Positions 12,873 to 26,043 of a stretch of 64,000 bases of DNA are shown one piece after another. The notes under the pieces are model-generated. The model was not told the DNA's origin and ran no database searches. It saw nothing but the letters and a program-made list of their open reading frames with translations. Each line of letters opens with the position of its first letter. The first letter of the stretch is position 1. This DNA is from Octopus sinensis (lineage: Eukaryota), in assembly GCF_006345805.1 (NCBI RefSeq), contig NC_043002.1:107136001-107200000 (forward strand), given 5' to 3'. A program made the position numbers and the translations under genes.

Positions 12873-13186
12873 CATAGTTCTCAAAGTGGGCGCTACTGCC
12901 CCCTGGTGGACGTTGAGACGGTCCACGTGGGCGCTGTTGCCTAAGAGGGCGGTGTGGGTGGGGGTGCGGTGGAGAAAAAGGGGGCGTTGGGAAGAAGGTA
13001 GTGGACGCTGTGAATTTATTATATTATTATTATAGTAGTGTATACAAATATAATACATTAAATATCAAATGATTCATAGTATATATAAATTAGTAAAATA
13101 TAAAATATTTATTTATACATAAAAATAGGGGGGGCTGAGAGTGTTATGTGGTCATGGGGGGGGGCAAATAAGCTCGAGAACCTCTG
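12873..13186. mobile_element. hAT-type MITE
   Basis: Ends CATAGTTCTCAA ... CGAGAACCTCTG; imperfect 8-bp TSD TGTTACAT/CTTTACAT. Confidence 0.6.
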
Positions 13187-13636
13187 CTTTACATCAAGGT
13201 ACCTTTGCTTTTCGTCTCTAACGAGATCAATAAAGTTCATACCTGACAAGAAAAAAAAACAAAGAAAACAAGAAGTAAAACAATATATTGATTGATATAT
13301 TCGATTAAAATAAGTTTCAGGGTGTTACCCGAGCATGGCCGCAGTCCAATGACTGAAAACGGTAAAAAAAAATGCCTAAAAAAAGTATGATATTTCGGTT
13401 TGAATAGAGTTTAAATTTTCATGTTTTATGGAAAATATCCTCCGTTGTTCAAATTACAACATTTAGCTTCTCCATTGTTTTACCAAATTATTTTATTTCG
13501 CGCTTTATAGACTTAAACAGGATTCTCTTACCGGAAGTACGTTTCCTTCTCCTTCTTCCGGCTCTCTTTTTTCTGTCTTTTGGCTCAATTTCCCTTTCTG
13601 TCGACCTATTGTCGAGTTCTCATTATTTTTCCAACA

Positions 13637-14645
13637 ATGTACATGCATGTATGTATGTATGCATGTATGTATGTATGTATGTATGTATGTATGTATGTAC
13701 GCATGTATGTATGTATTTGTGTATGTATGTATGAATGTATGTATGTATGTATGCATGCATGCATGTATGTATGTATGTATGTATGTATGTATGTATGCAT
13801 GCATGTATGTATGTATGTATGTATGTATGTATGTATGTATGTATGTATGCATGTATGCATGTATGTATGTATGTATATATTTGTGTATGTATACATGTAT
13901 GTATGTATTTTGTATGCATGTATTTGTGTATGATGCATGCAATGTATGTATGTATGTATGTATGTATGTATGTAGTATGCATGCATGGTATGTATGTATG
14001 TATGTATGTATGTATGTATGTATGCATGTATGTATGTATGTGTGATGTGTGTATGTATGTATGTATGTATGTATGTATGTAGCATGTATGTATGTATGTA
14101 TGTATTATGTATGTATGTATGTATGTATGTATGCATGTATGTAGTATGTATGTATGTATGTATGTAGTATTGATCGATATGTATGTATGCATGTATGTAT
14201 GTATGTGGTGTGTATGTATGTATGTATGTATGTATGTATGTATGTATGTATGTATGTATGTTGTATGTATGTATGCATGTATGCATGTATGGATGTATGT
14301 ATGTATGTATGTATGTATGTATATATTTGTGTATGTATACATGTATGTATGTATGCATGTATGTATGTATGCATGTATGTATGTATGTATGTATGTATGT
14401 ATGCATGTATGCATGTTATGTATGTATGTATGTATGTATGTATTTGTGTATGTATGTGTGTATGTATATATTGTGTATGTATACATGTATGTATTATGCA
14501 TGTATGTATGTATGCATGTATGTATGTATGTATGTATGTATGTTTGTATGTATGTATGTATGTCTGTATGTATGTATGTATGTATGTATGTATGTATGTA
14601 TTTGTGTATGTATGTGTGTATGTGCGTATGCATGTACGTATGTTT
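13637..14645. repeat. (TATG)n microsatellite, ~1 kb
   Basis: Direct inspection. Confidence 0.97.
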
Positions 14646-14667
14646 TATGTACCCTGTCCCTACTCTT

Positions 14668-14705
<38 letters not shown>

Positions 14706-15700
14706 TCATTCACTCAATCTGGATTCTTTTCCGGAAGTTGCTCTTGTGTATGTGTGTGCGCGTGTGGCACATACATATACATAATTTCACACAATAAGGA
14801 AGCAAACAAAAATAACAATACCGACAACAAAAATCACATATACACACACATATACACACATATACACACACATACACACGCATGCACTCAAGAAGAACCA
14901 CAAAACAAAACAAAAGTGAGAAGATAATAAATAAATAAATGAAAGATAAATTGTTGTTTCGAATTAAAATGAACGCCCATCAGTGGAAATTAATAGCTTG
15001 GTTGACATTTTTCATAAACGACAGCATCATAGTTTCAAGATTGTATTTGTCAAAGTGTGCAGTTAATAACAACAGACGATCCAGCCAAAATGTCTGCCGT
15101 ACAAGAAGAAAAGCTTCGTTTTCATAATATGTCAGTTTTACATCACATTTATTTATTTCCTAGCGAAACATCAACTGATGACTTTCAAGGGGAAGGAGAG
15201 GAAACGGACTGGCTTATTGCTTCGTTTTAGCCATTTTCAATGGACGGCGACTGTGGGAAAAAAACTAGCGATTTAATGATTTTGTCACCACCAACACCAA
15301 CACCAACACCACCACCTATTTTGGCTATTATCGTTATCATCATTACCACCACCACCACAGCCTCCTCCATTGTCCTTATCACCATCACCACTACAACTAC
15401 TATCCCCATCACCATCACCACTACAACTACTATCCCCATCGCTATCACTACTACAACTACTACTACTACTACTACTACTGCCACTACTACCGCGAATGTT
15501 ACTACAATGGCCGTTATCATTATCACTATCACCATCTACTCCTCCCCTCCTCCTCCTCCTTCTCCGCCACTAGGACCACCACCTTCAACACTGTCATCAC
15601 CACCACCACCACCACCGCCGCCATCATCATCACCACCAAGTCAAGAGATTAACGCCAATCGCAACTTTAAATACCACTGGATTGGGTGTATGTGTGTTTA

Positions 15701-15735
<35 letters not shown>

Positions 15736-15907
15736 CTATCAAACTAACCATCTGTCTATCTATCTATCTATCTATCTACTGCTCTTTATCTACCGATCTA
15801 TCATTCTTTCTCTATCTACCGATCTATCTAATATCAATCTATCAACCTTTCTCTATCAGTCTATCTTATCTCTCCCCTTTTCCCCTGTCCCTCTCTCTGT
15901 CTCTGTC

Positions 15908-15953
<46 letters not shown>

Positions 15954-16281
15954 CCTAATTAGGAAGGTAGACAGAAATTGGGGAAATAAATGACAGAGTA
16001 AGCGAAATAGGAGTGGGAGGAAGGTCAAAGGTTACCTTAGCGTTTGTTTTGTTATTGTTGTTGTTGCTGCTGCTGCTCCTGAAGTTGCTGTTGTTGTTGT
16101 TGTTGTTGATGATGATGATGATGATATTGAAGCGGAACAAACATTATGTGCAAACACAAAACAAAAATATAAATGGAAAAACAATTGGTTGCCCAATTAC
16201 ATACGAAAGAGACAACAACATAGGTAAAACACAGACACACGCCTTCACATAAGCACCACAGTGAGTTTTACGATATATATA

Positions 16282-16846
16282 TTGGGTTGTCCGGAAAGTT
16301 CGTGCCGATTTTTAAAGGAAAGAAAAAGGTCAATAAATACTTGCCATTACATTTTTAATCAACCAAATATGAACCATTTTGTTGCACAATGTGTCTCCAT
16401 CTTTCCTTTAACTTGAAAATACCCTCTTCCCAGAATTGAGGTGGTTTCATGGCAAAGAATTCATCAAGGTGTCTTTTTACGTCATCCAAGGAATTGAAAT
16501 TTTTACCATTAAGACTATTCTGCAGAGACCTGAATAAGTGGAAATCCGAAGGAGCAATATCTGTTAAATATGGAGGATGAGGTAACACATCCCAGCCGAG
16601 CTGCAGCAATTTTTGTCTGGTTCCCAAAGCATCAAGTGCCGAAAATGAACTTTCTTATCTTCCATTTTAAAGGGTTAGAAAATTAACACAGGTTATAGGA
16701 ACATAAACTTTCTTCCACGAAAAGATAGCTTAAACTGTGCTCTAAATGGAGGTGTAGTCAAATCCTATTTTATGGACTCAACCATGTTCTAAAATAAGTT
16801 GAAAGGTAAGCTACTATGAATCGGCACGAACTTTCCGGACAACTCA
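16282..16846 (-). mobile_element. Mariner deletion derivative retaining the transposase C-terminus
   Basis: TIRs GTTGTCCGGAAAGTTCGTGCCGATT at both ends; ORF 16355-16627 has HPPYLTDIAPSDFHLF (YSPDLAP motif). Confidence 0.9.
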
Positions 16847-17099
16847 CTGTGTGTGTGTGTGTGTTGTGTGTGTGTATGTGTGTGTGTTACAAAATTGTAC
16901 ATGTAGTAGAAAACATATGTATAGTATCTCTTATTAGAAATTCTTTATACAGAGGGTTAAATAATTTTATTTTTTCTCTATCTAATAGGAGATATCTTAC
17001 ATAATAATACCGTATACTGAGATTAATACACAAACACATACACATATGAATGTACACATACATACATACATACATACATACATACATACATACATACAT

Positions 17100-18158
17100 T
17101 TGGGCTGCTTGATTGGACGCTTGATGAGATCCGAGCCATTGGTGTGAAAACCCGAAAAATACTAACAAGCACACATAATTCCCACAAAAATAGTGACGTA
17201 GACTGCCTCTACCTAAAGCGAAAACGAGGCGGTAGAGGCTTAACATCGATCCAACATGCCTTTGAATGTCGTATCATATCCTTTCGGCAACATCTTTTAA
17301 CCACCAAGTGTCAAAGTGCTTCCCTTGGCCAAGTTTGCATAGATGAAGCTGATAACATCATAAGACTTGGAAGGCAGCTCCTTGAGCAACACTCTTCGTC
17401 TGATAACCTAGAATACAAGCCCAAAGAAGTCGCACGACTCTACCGCAACGTGTCATCAGATGAAAGGATGAATCTATATGAGCAGAAGACTATGCATGGA
17501 TATGTTAGTAGAAAGTTCCGTGGCGATAGTAATATCGATCATCAAAGCAGTTTATCATGGACGAATAGCTGGATTATTACCTCCCACTTTGAAGGGTATG
17601 CGTTTGCAATCCAGGAACAAGAAATATCAACCAAGTACCTGATGCACAAAAGGGATAGAGATGCAGGAAAAGCCGTAAAATGTGACAACCGATGCAAACT
17701 TTGTGGAGTTCACACTGAAGATATCAACCACGTCATAAGCAGTTGTCCGAAAATGTCATCAAGGTATTATCTACCGATGAGACATGACGTTGTAGCTAGG
17801 ACACTCTATAATGAAATCCGTCGGAAGGATAATCCCGAGGATAAAAAAATAAAACCCCACAATATAGTAGAAGCTATAGACACTCATAATGAAAAGGAAT
17901 ACTGGTGGAATGTCCCAGTGAAGACCTCAATAAAATGTTAGCACAACAGACCTCATATAATGATTTGGGATAGAGAATAGAAACTGTGCATAGTTGGGGA
18001 AATTAGCTGCCCAGCGGATGTTAACAAAGCTGAAGATCAGTGAAAAAGAGAACACCTATACTGGATTATTGAGAAATCTGCAGTTACTCTATCCAGATTA
18101 CAAGCTCAGGTTTCTTTCTCTATTGACAAGAAATCTTGAAATAAACAGCATAATGGCA
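17100..18158 (+). mobile_element. R4/Dong-clade LINE 3' portion (REL endonuclease region) within (CATA)n
   Basis: ORF 17144-17941: LYLKRKRGGRGL, AIQEQEI, CCHC finger CKLC..HVISSC, RHD; flanked on both sides by (CATA)n. Confidence 0.88.
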
Positions 18159-18186
18159 TACATACATACATGCATGCATACATGCA

Positions 18187-18217
<31 letters not shown>

Positions 18218-19182
18218 CATACATACATACATACATACCTACATACCTACATACATACATACATACATACATACATGCAAAGGAACGGGGGTATTTACCA
18301 ATTTACCTGGATCAAAATATGGATAGACTCGGATTTGTGAAGCCCTGCAGGAAATAGCTATTTCTACGACAATAAAACATCGGCCCGAATAGTCAGGTGT
18401 TTGATATGAAACACTATTTATTGAAATTTCTGAAGAATGCTATGTCTGGTACTAATAAAACAACACCACTGTTGTTAAACATCACATGGGCAAAGAATGG
18501 TTTAAAGGATTACAATATCAGCCGTACAAAGAAACTTAACATTTTCGACTCCAGTTTCAATGCGCTACAAAAATAATGGATTCATGTCAATCCGTCGATA
18601 CATATAAAAATTCTTCCTCGAGAACTTTTGATGTCAGAGAGAGTGCATGATTATCCAAAAGTGTACAATTTAAATCTTTCAGCCGATATAAGCAATTATA
18701 TTCTCAACTCACTGGTTTTTTAAGGCTAAGTCAGAGGAAGAAAGGTAGAGCCCATGAACTTGTCACAGGGTTTCTGAAACAGGTGTAAAGAAAGGAAGAA
18801 AAATGCCATACCCGACTGCTTCTAACACAGTGGACTTCATTCAAGAGCACAATGGTGATACTAAACTGGGTGACGAATGAAGTCTACTACACAACATGAT
18901 CAATCCAACCTATGAACTTCCATATCACTCATCTACTACTCCTCATCCTCGGTCCCTCTGTCCCACTCATTTCCTCCCCCTTCGTACATTGAAGGTCCAC
19001 CTTGACTCTTCATCGCTATTTTTTCTCGCTTTCCAGCTCCATTCGATCATTTCCATCCTCGCTTCTAAAATGTGAGTGGTCGCGTCGCTCCTCTACATCA
19101 AGAAACCCGTTTTTTTTTCTGGCTCTTTCTCTCATACTTTTACTCCTCTTTTTTGACAATGAGAAGCGGAAGAATAGTAGTA

Positions 19183-19221
<39 letters not shown>

Positions 19222-19502
19222 TTGATGTTAGTAGAGGTGATGGTGGTTTGATATGTTGTGTTTGTTGTTGTTGATTAAGTAGTTTCCTTTTTTTATTCAA
19301 ACCGTGCAAAGGTCACAAGTGTTTATGGAATATTCAACCACATTCGCTGTAACAACGAATAAACAGTTGTACTGGTTTAAAATACTGGAAAACGACATTG
19401 GATCCACTACTGCGCGTAGGAGTGCATGCACGCGTGCGCACGACAACCGGAAATGGTACTTTCTTCTATTAGCAAATTACATCCAGCCTTTTGTCAAACC
19501 GA

Positions 19503-19967
19503 TTTCTTTATTACCCACAAGGGGCTAAACACAGAGGGGACAAACAAGGACAGACATAGGTATCAAGTCGATTACACAGACCCCAGTGCGTAACTGGTAC
19601 TTAATTTATCGACCCCGAAAGGATGAAAGGCAAAGTCGACCTCGACGGAATTTGAACTCACAACGTAACGGCAGATGAAATACATATTTCTTTACTACCC
19701 ACAAGGGGCTAAACACAGAGGGGACAAACAAGGACAGACATAGGTATCAAGTCGATTACACAGACCCCAGTGCGTAACTGGTACTTAATTTATCGACCCC
19801 GAAAGGATGAAAGGCAAAGTCGACCTCGGCGGAATTTGAACTCACAACGTAACGGCAGCCGAAATACCGCTAAGCATTTCGCCCGACGTGCGACCGTTTC
19901 TGCCAGCTCGCAGATGAAATACCGCTAGGCATTTGGACCGGCGTGTTAACGTTTCTGCCAGGTCACC
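19503..19967 (-). mobile_element. SINE family C dimer plus duplicated head
   Basis: Two tandem ~180-bp units joined at GAAATAC/ATATTTC (about 19678-19690). Confidence 0.88.
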
Positions 19968-20268
19968 GTTTATTCTCACGAGAAATCAGACGATTTCGAT
20001 TTTAACCTCGCATCTCCAATAACGCTTTCGTTGATATTGTCTTGTAAAAAAGTTCGTAAAGTTTTCTTATTCATCGCTATTTGCTTATATTTGTGTGCTT
20101 GTCCTTAACTTTACTTTTTAAGAAAGAGGGACCCCCCAAGCTCTATGTATGCACTCCTGGCCTCCCACCCGATCTTTTTGTGACCATCAACTTACAAAAA
20201 CTTTAACAAAAAAAAAAAGGGGGGACAACAACAGCAACAACATCATTGTCGTTCTGAAACAGCTCCAT

Positions 20269-20431
20269 AGGCGCAGGAGTGGCTGTGTGGTAAGTAGCTT
20301 GTTTACCAACCACATAGTTCCGGGTTCAGTCCCACTGCGTGGCACCTTGGGCAAGTGTCTTCTACTATAGCCTCAGGCCGACCAAAGCCTTGCGAGTGGA
20401 TTTGGTAGACGGAAACTGAAAGAAGCCCGTC

Positions 20432-20477
<46 letters not shown>

Positions 20478-20705
20478 GTGTATGTGTTTGTGTGTCTGTG
20501 TTTGTCCCCCAAGCATTGCTTGACAACCGATGCTGGTGTGTTTATGTCCCCGTCACTTAGCGGTTCGGCAAAAGAGACCGATAGAATAAGTACTGGGCTT
20601 ACAAAAGAATAAGTCCCGGGGTCGATTTTCTCGATTAAAGGCGGTGCTCCAGCATGGCCGCAGTCAAATGACTGAAACAAGTAAAAGAGTAGAAGAGTAA
20701 AGAGT
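20269..20705 (+). mobile_element. SINE family A
   Basis: Full-length match. Confidence 0.9.
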
Positions 20706-20921
20706 CTCCAAAATATGTTCAGTTTTGCTTCTTTATGGTTTAACTGTTTGTCGGGACATTAGAATTGTAGCGGTGAACAACGAGCTTAGTCAGGACTTGT
20801 TAACTGCCACCAATGGCAGGACATGGATTATACATACATTAACATACATACATTAACATACATCTATGTGTGTATACATATGTTTGTGTATGCATGAGCT
20901 TATGCATTATACATGTGTGTG

Positions 20922-20979
<58 letters not shown>

Positions 20980-21062
20980 CGTGTGTACGTAATTATGTAT
21001 GTATATATGCATATATGCCGGCAGATAAATGATAAATACATATATATGTTTATGCATGAAGG

Positions 21063-21064
<2 letters not shown>

Positions 21065-21093
<29 letters not shown>

Positions 21094-21410
21094 GTGTATG
21101 TATGTATGTATGTATGTATATGAATGGATGGAAGTATGAGTGTATGTATGTATGTATGTATGTATGTATATGAATGGATGGAAGTATGTATGTATGTATG
21201 TGTGTATGTATATGAATGGATGGAAGTATGTATGTATGTATGTATGTATGTATGTGAATAGATGGAAGTATGTATGTATGTATGTATGTGTGTATGTGTG
21301 TGTGTATGTATGTATGTATGTATGTATGTATGTGAATGGATGGAAGTATGTGTGTATGTATGTATGTATGTATGTATGTGAATGGATGGAAGTATGTGTG
21401 TATGTGTGTG
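21065..21410. repeat. (TATG)n with recurring GAATGGATGGAA interruption (higher-order minisatellite)
   Basis: About 6 copies of the interruption spaced by variable TATG runs. Confidence 0.85.
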
Positions 21411-21969
21411 GGAGGGTGTATTGTGTGTATGTGTGTTTCCTTAATCATTACAACATCACTCCTCGTCACCTTGAAGCAAATATCTATTCTACACAGCCGT
21501 ATTCTATGAACTTCCGGATTTATTATGCGCATCCTAGCAGCCTTCATCAACCGACCGGTCGTCCAGCCAGCTAACCAACTAACCTTGTATTGTGTGGGAG
21601 AATACTGAGATTTCTAAGAAGAGAAAAAACCCAAAGATGTCAAACAGGTGTTTCTACTCTCACCTGATAACTACCTTTTCGTCTCATGTCTCTCTTCCAC
21701 TGTCATCTTGCATTCACAGTACATTTCCTCCTCCTCCTCCTCCTCCTCCCACCCCGACCTCCTTCATCGTTGCCATCTCAGCCGCTATTGTCAGTCAGTC
21801 GCGCAGCTCTCCGTTTTTACCACCCGTTTACCATCATCTTCGCTCTCATCATCGTCACTACCACACGGTTACTCCACCACCACCACCACCACCACGTTAA
21901 TTACCATTCAACCTCACCACTACCGCTTTCCTAATTGTCACTTGCTCTATTTTTTCGTCACAGCAATCA

Positions 21970-22662
21970 CATCATCACCACCACCACCACCACCACCACC
22001 ATCCACCGCCACCACCACCATCCACCGCCACCACCACCATCCACCGCCACCACCACCATCCACCGCCACCACCCATCACCGCCATTACCCATCATCGCCA
22101 CCACCACCATCCACTGCCACCACCACCATCCACCGTCACCACCCATCACCGCCACCATCCATCATCGCCACCACTCATCCGCCGCCACCACCCATCACCG
22201 CCACCACCTTTCACCGCCACTACCCATCATTGCCACCACCCATCACCGCCACCACTCATCCGCCGCCACCACCCATCCGCCGCCACCACCCATCACCGCC
22301 GCTGCCCATCACCACCACAGCCCCTCACTATCGCCCCCGCCACCCACCGCCGCCACGATGACGACGACGACCACCATCACAAACAACAACACACAAGGGC
22401 GCGAGACTGAACACGGGTTTTAAAACCTGTTAGAAATAGCAGTCAGATTTCCATAAAACCAAGAGATTTTAAAAAAAGGGCTCACTTGGTATTGTTTTCC
22501 TGGATACACTCATATCAAACGAAAAATCAGTTAATCATAGCGTTGACCACCACCACCACCACCACAACTACCGCCACCACCACCACCACCACCACCACCA
22601 CCACAACCACCGCCTACACCACCACCACCACAACCACCACCACCACCACCACCACCACCACC

Positions 22663-22695
<33 letters not shown>

Positions 22696-22700
22696 GATGC
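21970..22700. repeat. (ACC)n-derived low-complexity tracts
   Basis: Direct inspection; two tracts, 21970-22380 and 22545-22700. Confidence 0.9.
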
Positions 22701-22794
22701 TGTTGGTAACCTACCATGCCCTTCCCACCCCTACTTACCATCTTACCATTCTTCCTGGTATTACTAGTAAAAGGTCGTTTGTCTTTTTATCTCT

Positions 22795-22980
22795 TCCTTA
22801 TTTCAGTCATCGGACTGCGACCAAGCTGGAGCTTCGCCTTCAAAGGTTTAGTGGAATAAGGCGACTCCAGCACTTCTTTAATTCCTTTTAATCTATCAGT
22901 CTCTTCTTGCCGAACCGCTACGTTACGGGGACGTAAACAAAAACAACACTGGTTGTCAAGCGGTGGTGGGGAGATAGAGA
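22795..22980 (-). mobile_element. Diverged SINE A 3' half
   Basis: TTTCAGTCATCGGACTGCGACCAAGCTGGAGC..TTGCCGAACCGCTA..GGTTGTCAAGCG. Confidence 0.65.
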
Positions 22981-23314
22981 ACGAATGCTGTGAGATTTTC
23001 AAACAAATGTTTTGATGGGAGTCACCAACATATGAACAAGTCGGGCAACACAAGGAGAAGGTCGGACTACCCTTCAGCCGACAGCATCCTGCTCTCTTAG
23101 GAAAGGAAACGAAAAAGTAAGGACCCATTGGATAATGCAGTCCTACATGCCCCAACCAAACAGTAGATTGTCATGGCTGGAATGTCTTTTATTATAGGTT
23201 CACTCACTGAAGGTTGGTCCAAGGCTAAACGACAACTGTCTTACCAATTCTGTTTTTCCTCTCAACCAAGAGAAACATTAAAGATGCGTAACAAAATGGC
23301 TACAACATCAATAG

Positions 23315-23540
23315 CTATTTCTTTACTGCCCACAAGAGGCTAAACACAGAAGGGACAAACAAGGACAGACATAGGTATTAAGTCGATTACATCGACCCCA
23401 GTGCGTAACTGGTACTTAATTTATCGACCCCGAAAGGATGAAAGGCAAAGTGGACCTCGGCGGAATTTGAACCCAGAACGTAAAGGCAGACGAAATACGG
23501 CTACGCATTTCGCCCGGTGTGCTAACGGTTCTGCCGTCTT
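23315..23540 (-). mobile_element. SINE family C monomer
   Basis: Matches 6108-6336. Confidence 0.85.
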
Positions 23541-23814
23541 CATCCCAAGTCAATGTGTCTGTATAAATATTCTTTATGATAAATGGAGTATTATCTCGCT
23601 GTGACTGAGCTTAATTTAGTTGTCGCTTCGGTGATCAACGACAGAATTTACAGATGACCAAATGACACCAGAAATACTGGCCTCCCAATGAAAAGCCAAC
23701 CACACGAAGCGCATTAATGTCATAATTACACGCGCGCGCACACACTTTGTTTTTGTATCTGGTTTGCAAGATTCTTTATGTAAATTCATGTGTTGAAGTA
23801 AATTTTGCTGTGTG

Positions 23815-24095
23815 TGGGGTGGGGGGAGAATGTTACTGTTTTAATACCTTATTATCAAACACACTCACTGATTTGATTTTCACTCATTTATTATATATAT
23901 TTTTTTCTGTCAAAACTTTCATTGCTTTTGCAACCTTTTGCAACATCCGTTGTGACTCTCAACATCCGTTGCCAAGGCTGCAATAGCAACGAAAATTTTA
24001 GAAGAAAAAATATAAATGATAAATGAGTGGAAATCGAACCAGTGAGTGTGTTTGATAATAAGGCATTAAAACAGTAAGATTCCCCCCCCCCAACA
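23815..24095. repeat. Fold-back inverted repeat, ~120-bp imperfect arms
   Basis: TTACTGTTTTAATACCTTATTATCAAACACACTCACTG.. pairs with ..CAGTGAGTGTGTTTGATAATAAGGCATTAAAACAGTAA. Confidence 0.85.
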
Positions 24096-24116
24096 ATATA
24101 TATGTGTATATATATA

Positions 24117-24660
24117 AAATCGGAAAATGGAGAAACCTCAGATTAACAAACACATCGATTGGACCACATTTATAGCTTATTTTTTAATACAAAGCATGAC
24201 ATAACAAATAGGTGACGTAACAAATCTTACGGCCGTTTCCGCGTCCGTTGCCAAACGCTGTCAGTAAATAATTGTGATAATTGTTTATATTAGATGATCT
24301 TGTTTTTTACTCTGATGAAGCTCCGTGCCTTAATTCGAATGTCCTGTAAAGATAAAGAATTTTATTTTTACAATTATTTATAGACATTGTTTGGCAACGG
24401 ATGCGGAAACGGCCGTAAGATTTGTCATGTTTTGCTTTGTATTAAAAAATAAGCGATAAATGTGGTCCAATCGATGTGTTTGTTAATCTGTGGTTTTCTC
24501 CATTTTCTGATTAGTTGTATTTGCTTCCTGATAAACTCTTGTTTATCCTGTTGTTACCTATACTCTACATGTATGGTGTGGCTGCACACCAATGCCCCGT
24601 GATAACACGGTTATGGATACCGATATTACATATGGATATTTTATCCTTTAGTCAGTTACT
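24117..24660 (+). mobile_element. Penelope-like terminal repeat, inverted + direct arrangement
   Basis: 24117-24262 is the reverse complement of 24383-24512; hammerhead in the direct copy. Confidence 0.65.
24305..24423 (+). ncRNA. Type I hammerhead ribozyme motif with long stem II
   Basis: CTGATGA (24312-24318); TCCGT-GCC..GGC-A-ACGGA stem; GAAA (24406-24409); ACGGCCGT palindrome; GTA site; short stem I. Confidence 0.65.
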
Positions 24661-24748
24661 ATACCGCTAACTCTGTTTATACTACACACACACACATACA
24701 CACACACACGCACACACACTCACACACACATATATATGTATATATATA

Positions 24749-24893
24749 GGCGAAGGAGTGGCTGTGTGGTAAGTAGCTTGTTTACGAACCACATGGTTCC
24801 GGGTTCAGTTCCACTTCTACCATAGCCTCATGCCAACCAAAGCCTTGTGAGTGGATTTTGTAGATGGAAACTGGAAGTAGCCCATCGTATATG

Positions 24894-24929
<36 letters not shown>

Positions 24930-25178
24930 TGTATGTATGTATGTATGTATGTGTGTGTATATGTTTGTGTGTCTGTGTTTGTCCCCCCAACATCGCTTGA
25001 CAACCAATGCTGGTGTGTTTACGTCCCCGTAATTTAGTCATTCGTCAAAAGAAACCGATAGAATAAGTACTAGGTTTACTAAGAATGAGTCCTGGGGTCG
25101 ATTTCTTCGACTAAAGGCGGTGCTCCAGCATGACCACAGTCAAATGACTGAAACAAGTAAAAGAGTAAAAAAAGAGTA
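24749..25178 (+). mobile_element. SINE family A with small deletion in the CORE-like block
   Basis: Match to family. Confidence 0.85.
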
Positions 25179-25278
25179 TATATATATATATATATATATC
25201 TATATATATATATATATATATATGCAGATAGATAGATAGATAAATATACTGCATATAATTATATATATATTATATAAT

Positions 25279-25356
<78 letters not shown>

Positions 25357-25419
25357 AAAAAAGCAACAAGAATGGATTAAAATCTCATTAGAATTCACTT
25401 GAATCTCAATTACTTAACC

Positions 25420-25457
<38 letters not shown>

Positions 25458-25479
25458 GTAGGTACACACGCATGCTCAC

Positions 25480-25707
25480 ATACATATGACCACCGACTTC
25501 ACCGACCGTGCTACCAATTTCCTCACACCAATTACATCTCTTTGACACTCTCACAGATGCCATCATCGGTGGGTGGGGATGCTTCAATGTACCCGATACA
25601 TCACGGGTATCAAATAATACAGATAACAAAAGAGAGTTAACACAGTAGCATTTCTACTGAACACCCTTTTTATATTTTCAACAATACACGAGAGACCCAC
25701 ACGTATA

Positions 25708-25738
<31 letters not shown>

Positions 25739-25868
25739 TTCGTCGTCGTTGTCATCATCATCGTCGTTGTCATCATCATCATCGTCGTCGTCGTTGTCAT
25801 CATCATCATCGTCATCATCTTCGTCGTCGTTGTCATCATCATCATCATCATCATCTTCGTCGTCGTTG

Positions 25869-25909
<41 letters not shown>

Positions 25910-26007
25910 GTCGTCATCGTCGTCGTCGTCGTTGTCATCATCATCATCATCATCTCATCATCATCTTCGTCGTCGTTGTCATCATCATCATCATCTTCGA
26001 CGTCGTC

Positions 26008-26043
<36 letters not shown>

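Noticed and set aside
13505-14927. Long ORFs of YVCM/HTYI type (also near 9.7, 21, 40.6 and 51.4 kb)
   Set aside because: Translations of (TATG)n, which has no stop codon in any frame
15240-15962. 240-aa ORF with hydrophobic and Thr/Pro runs
   Set aside because: Concatenated microsatellites (ACC, ACT, CT, TCTA)
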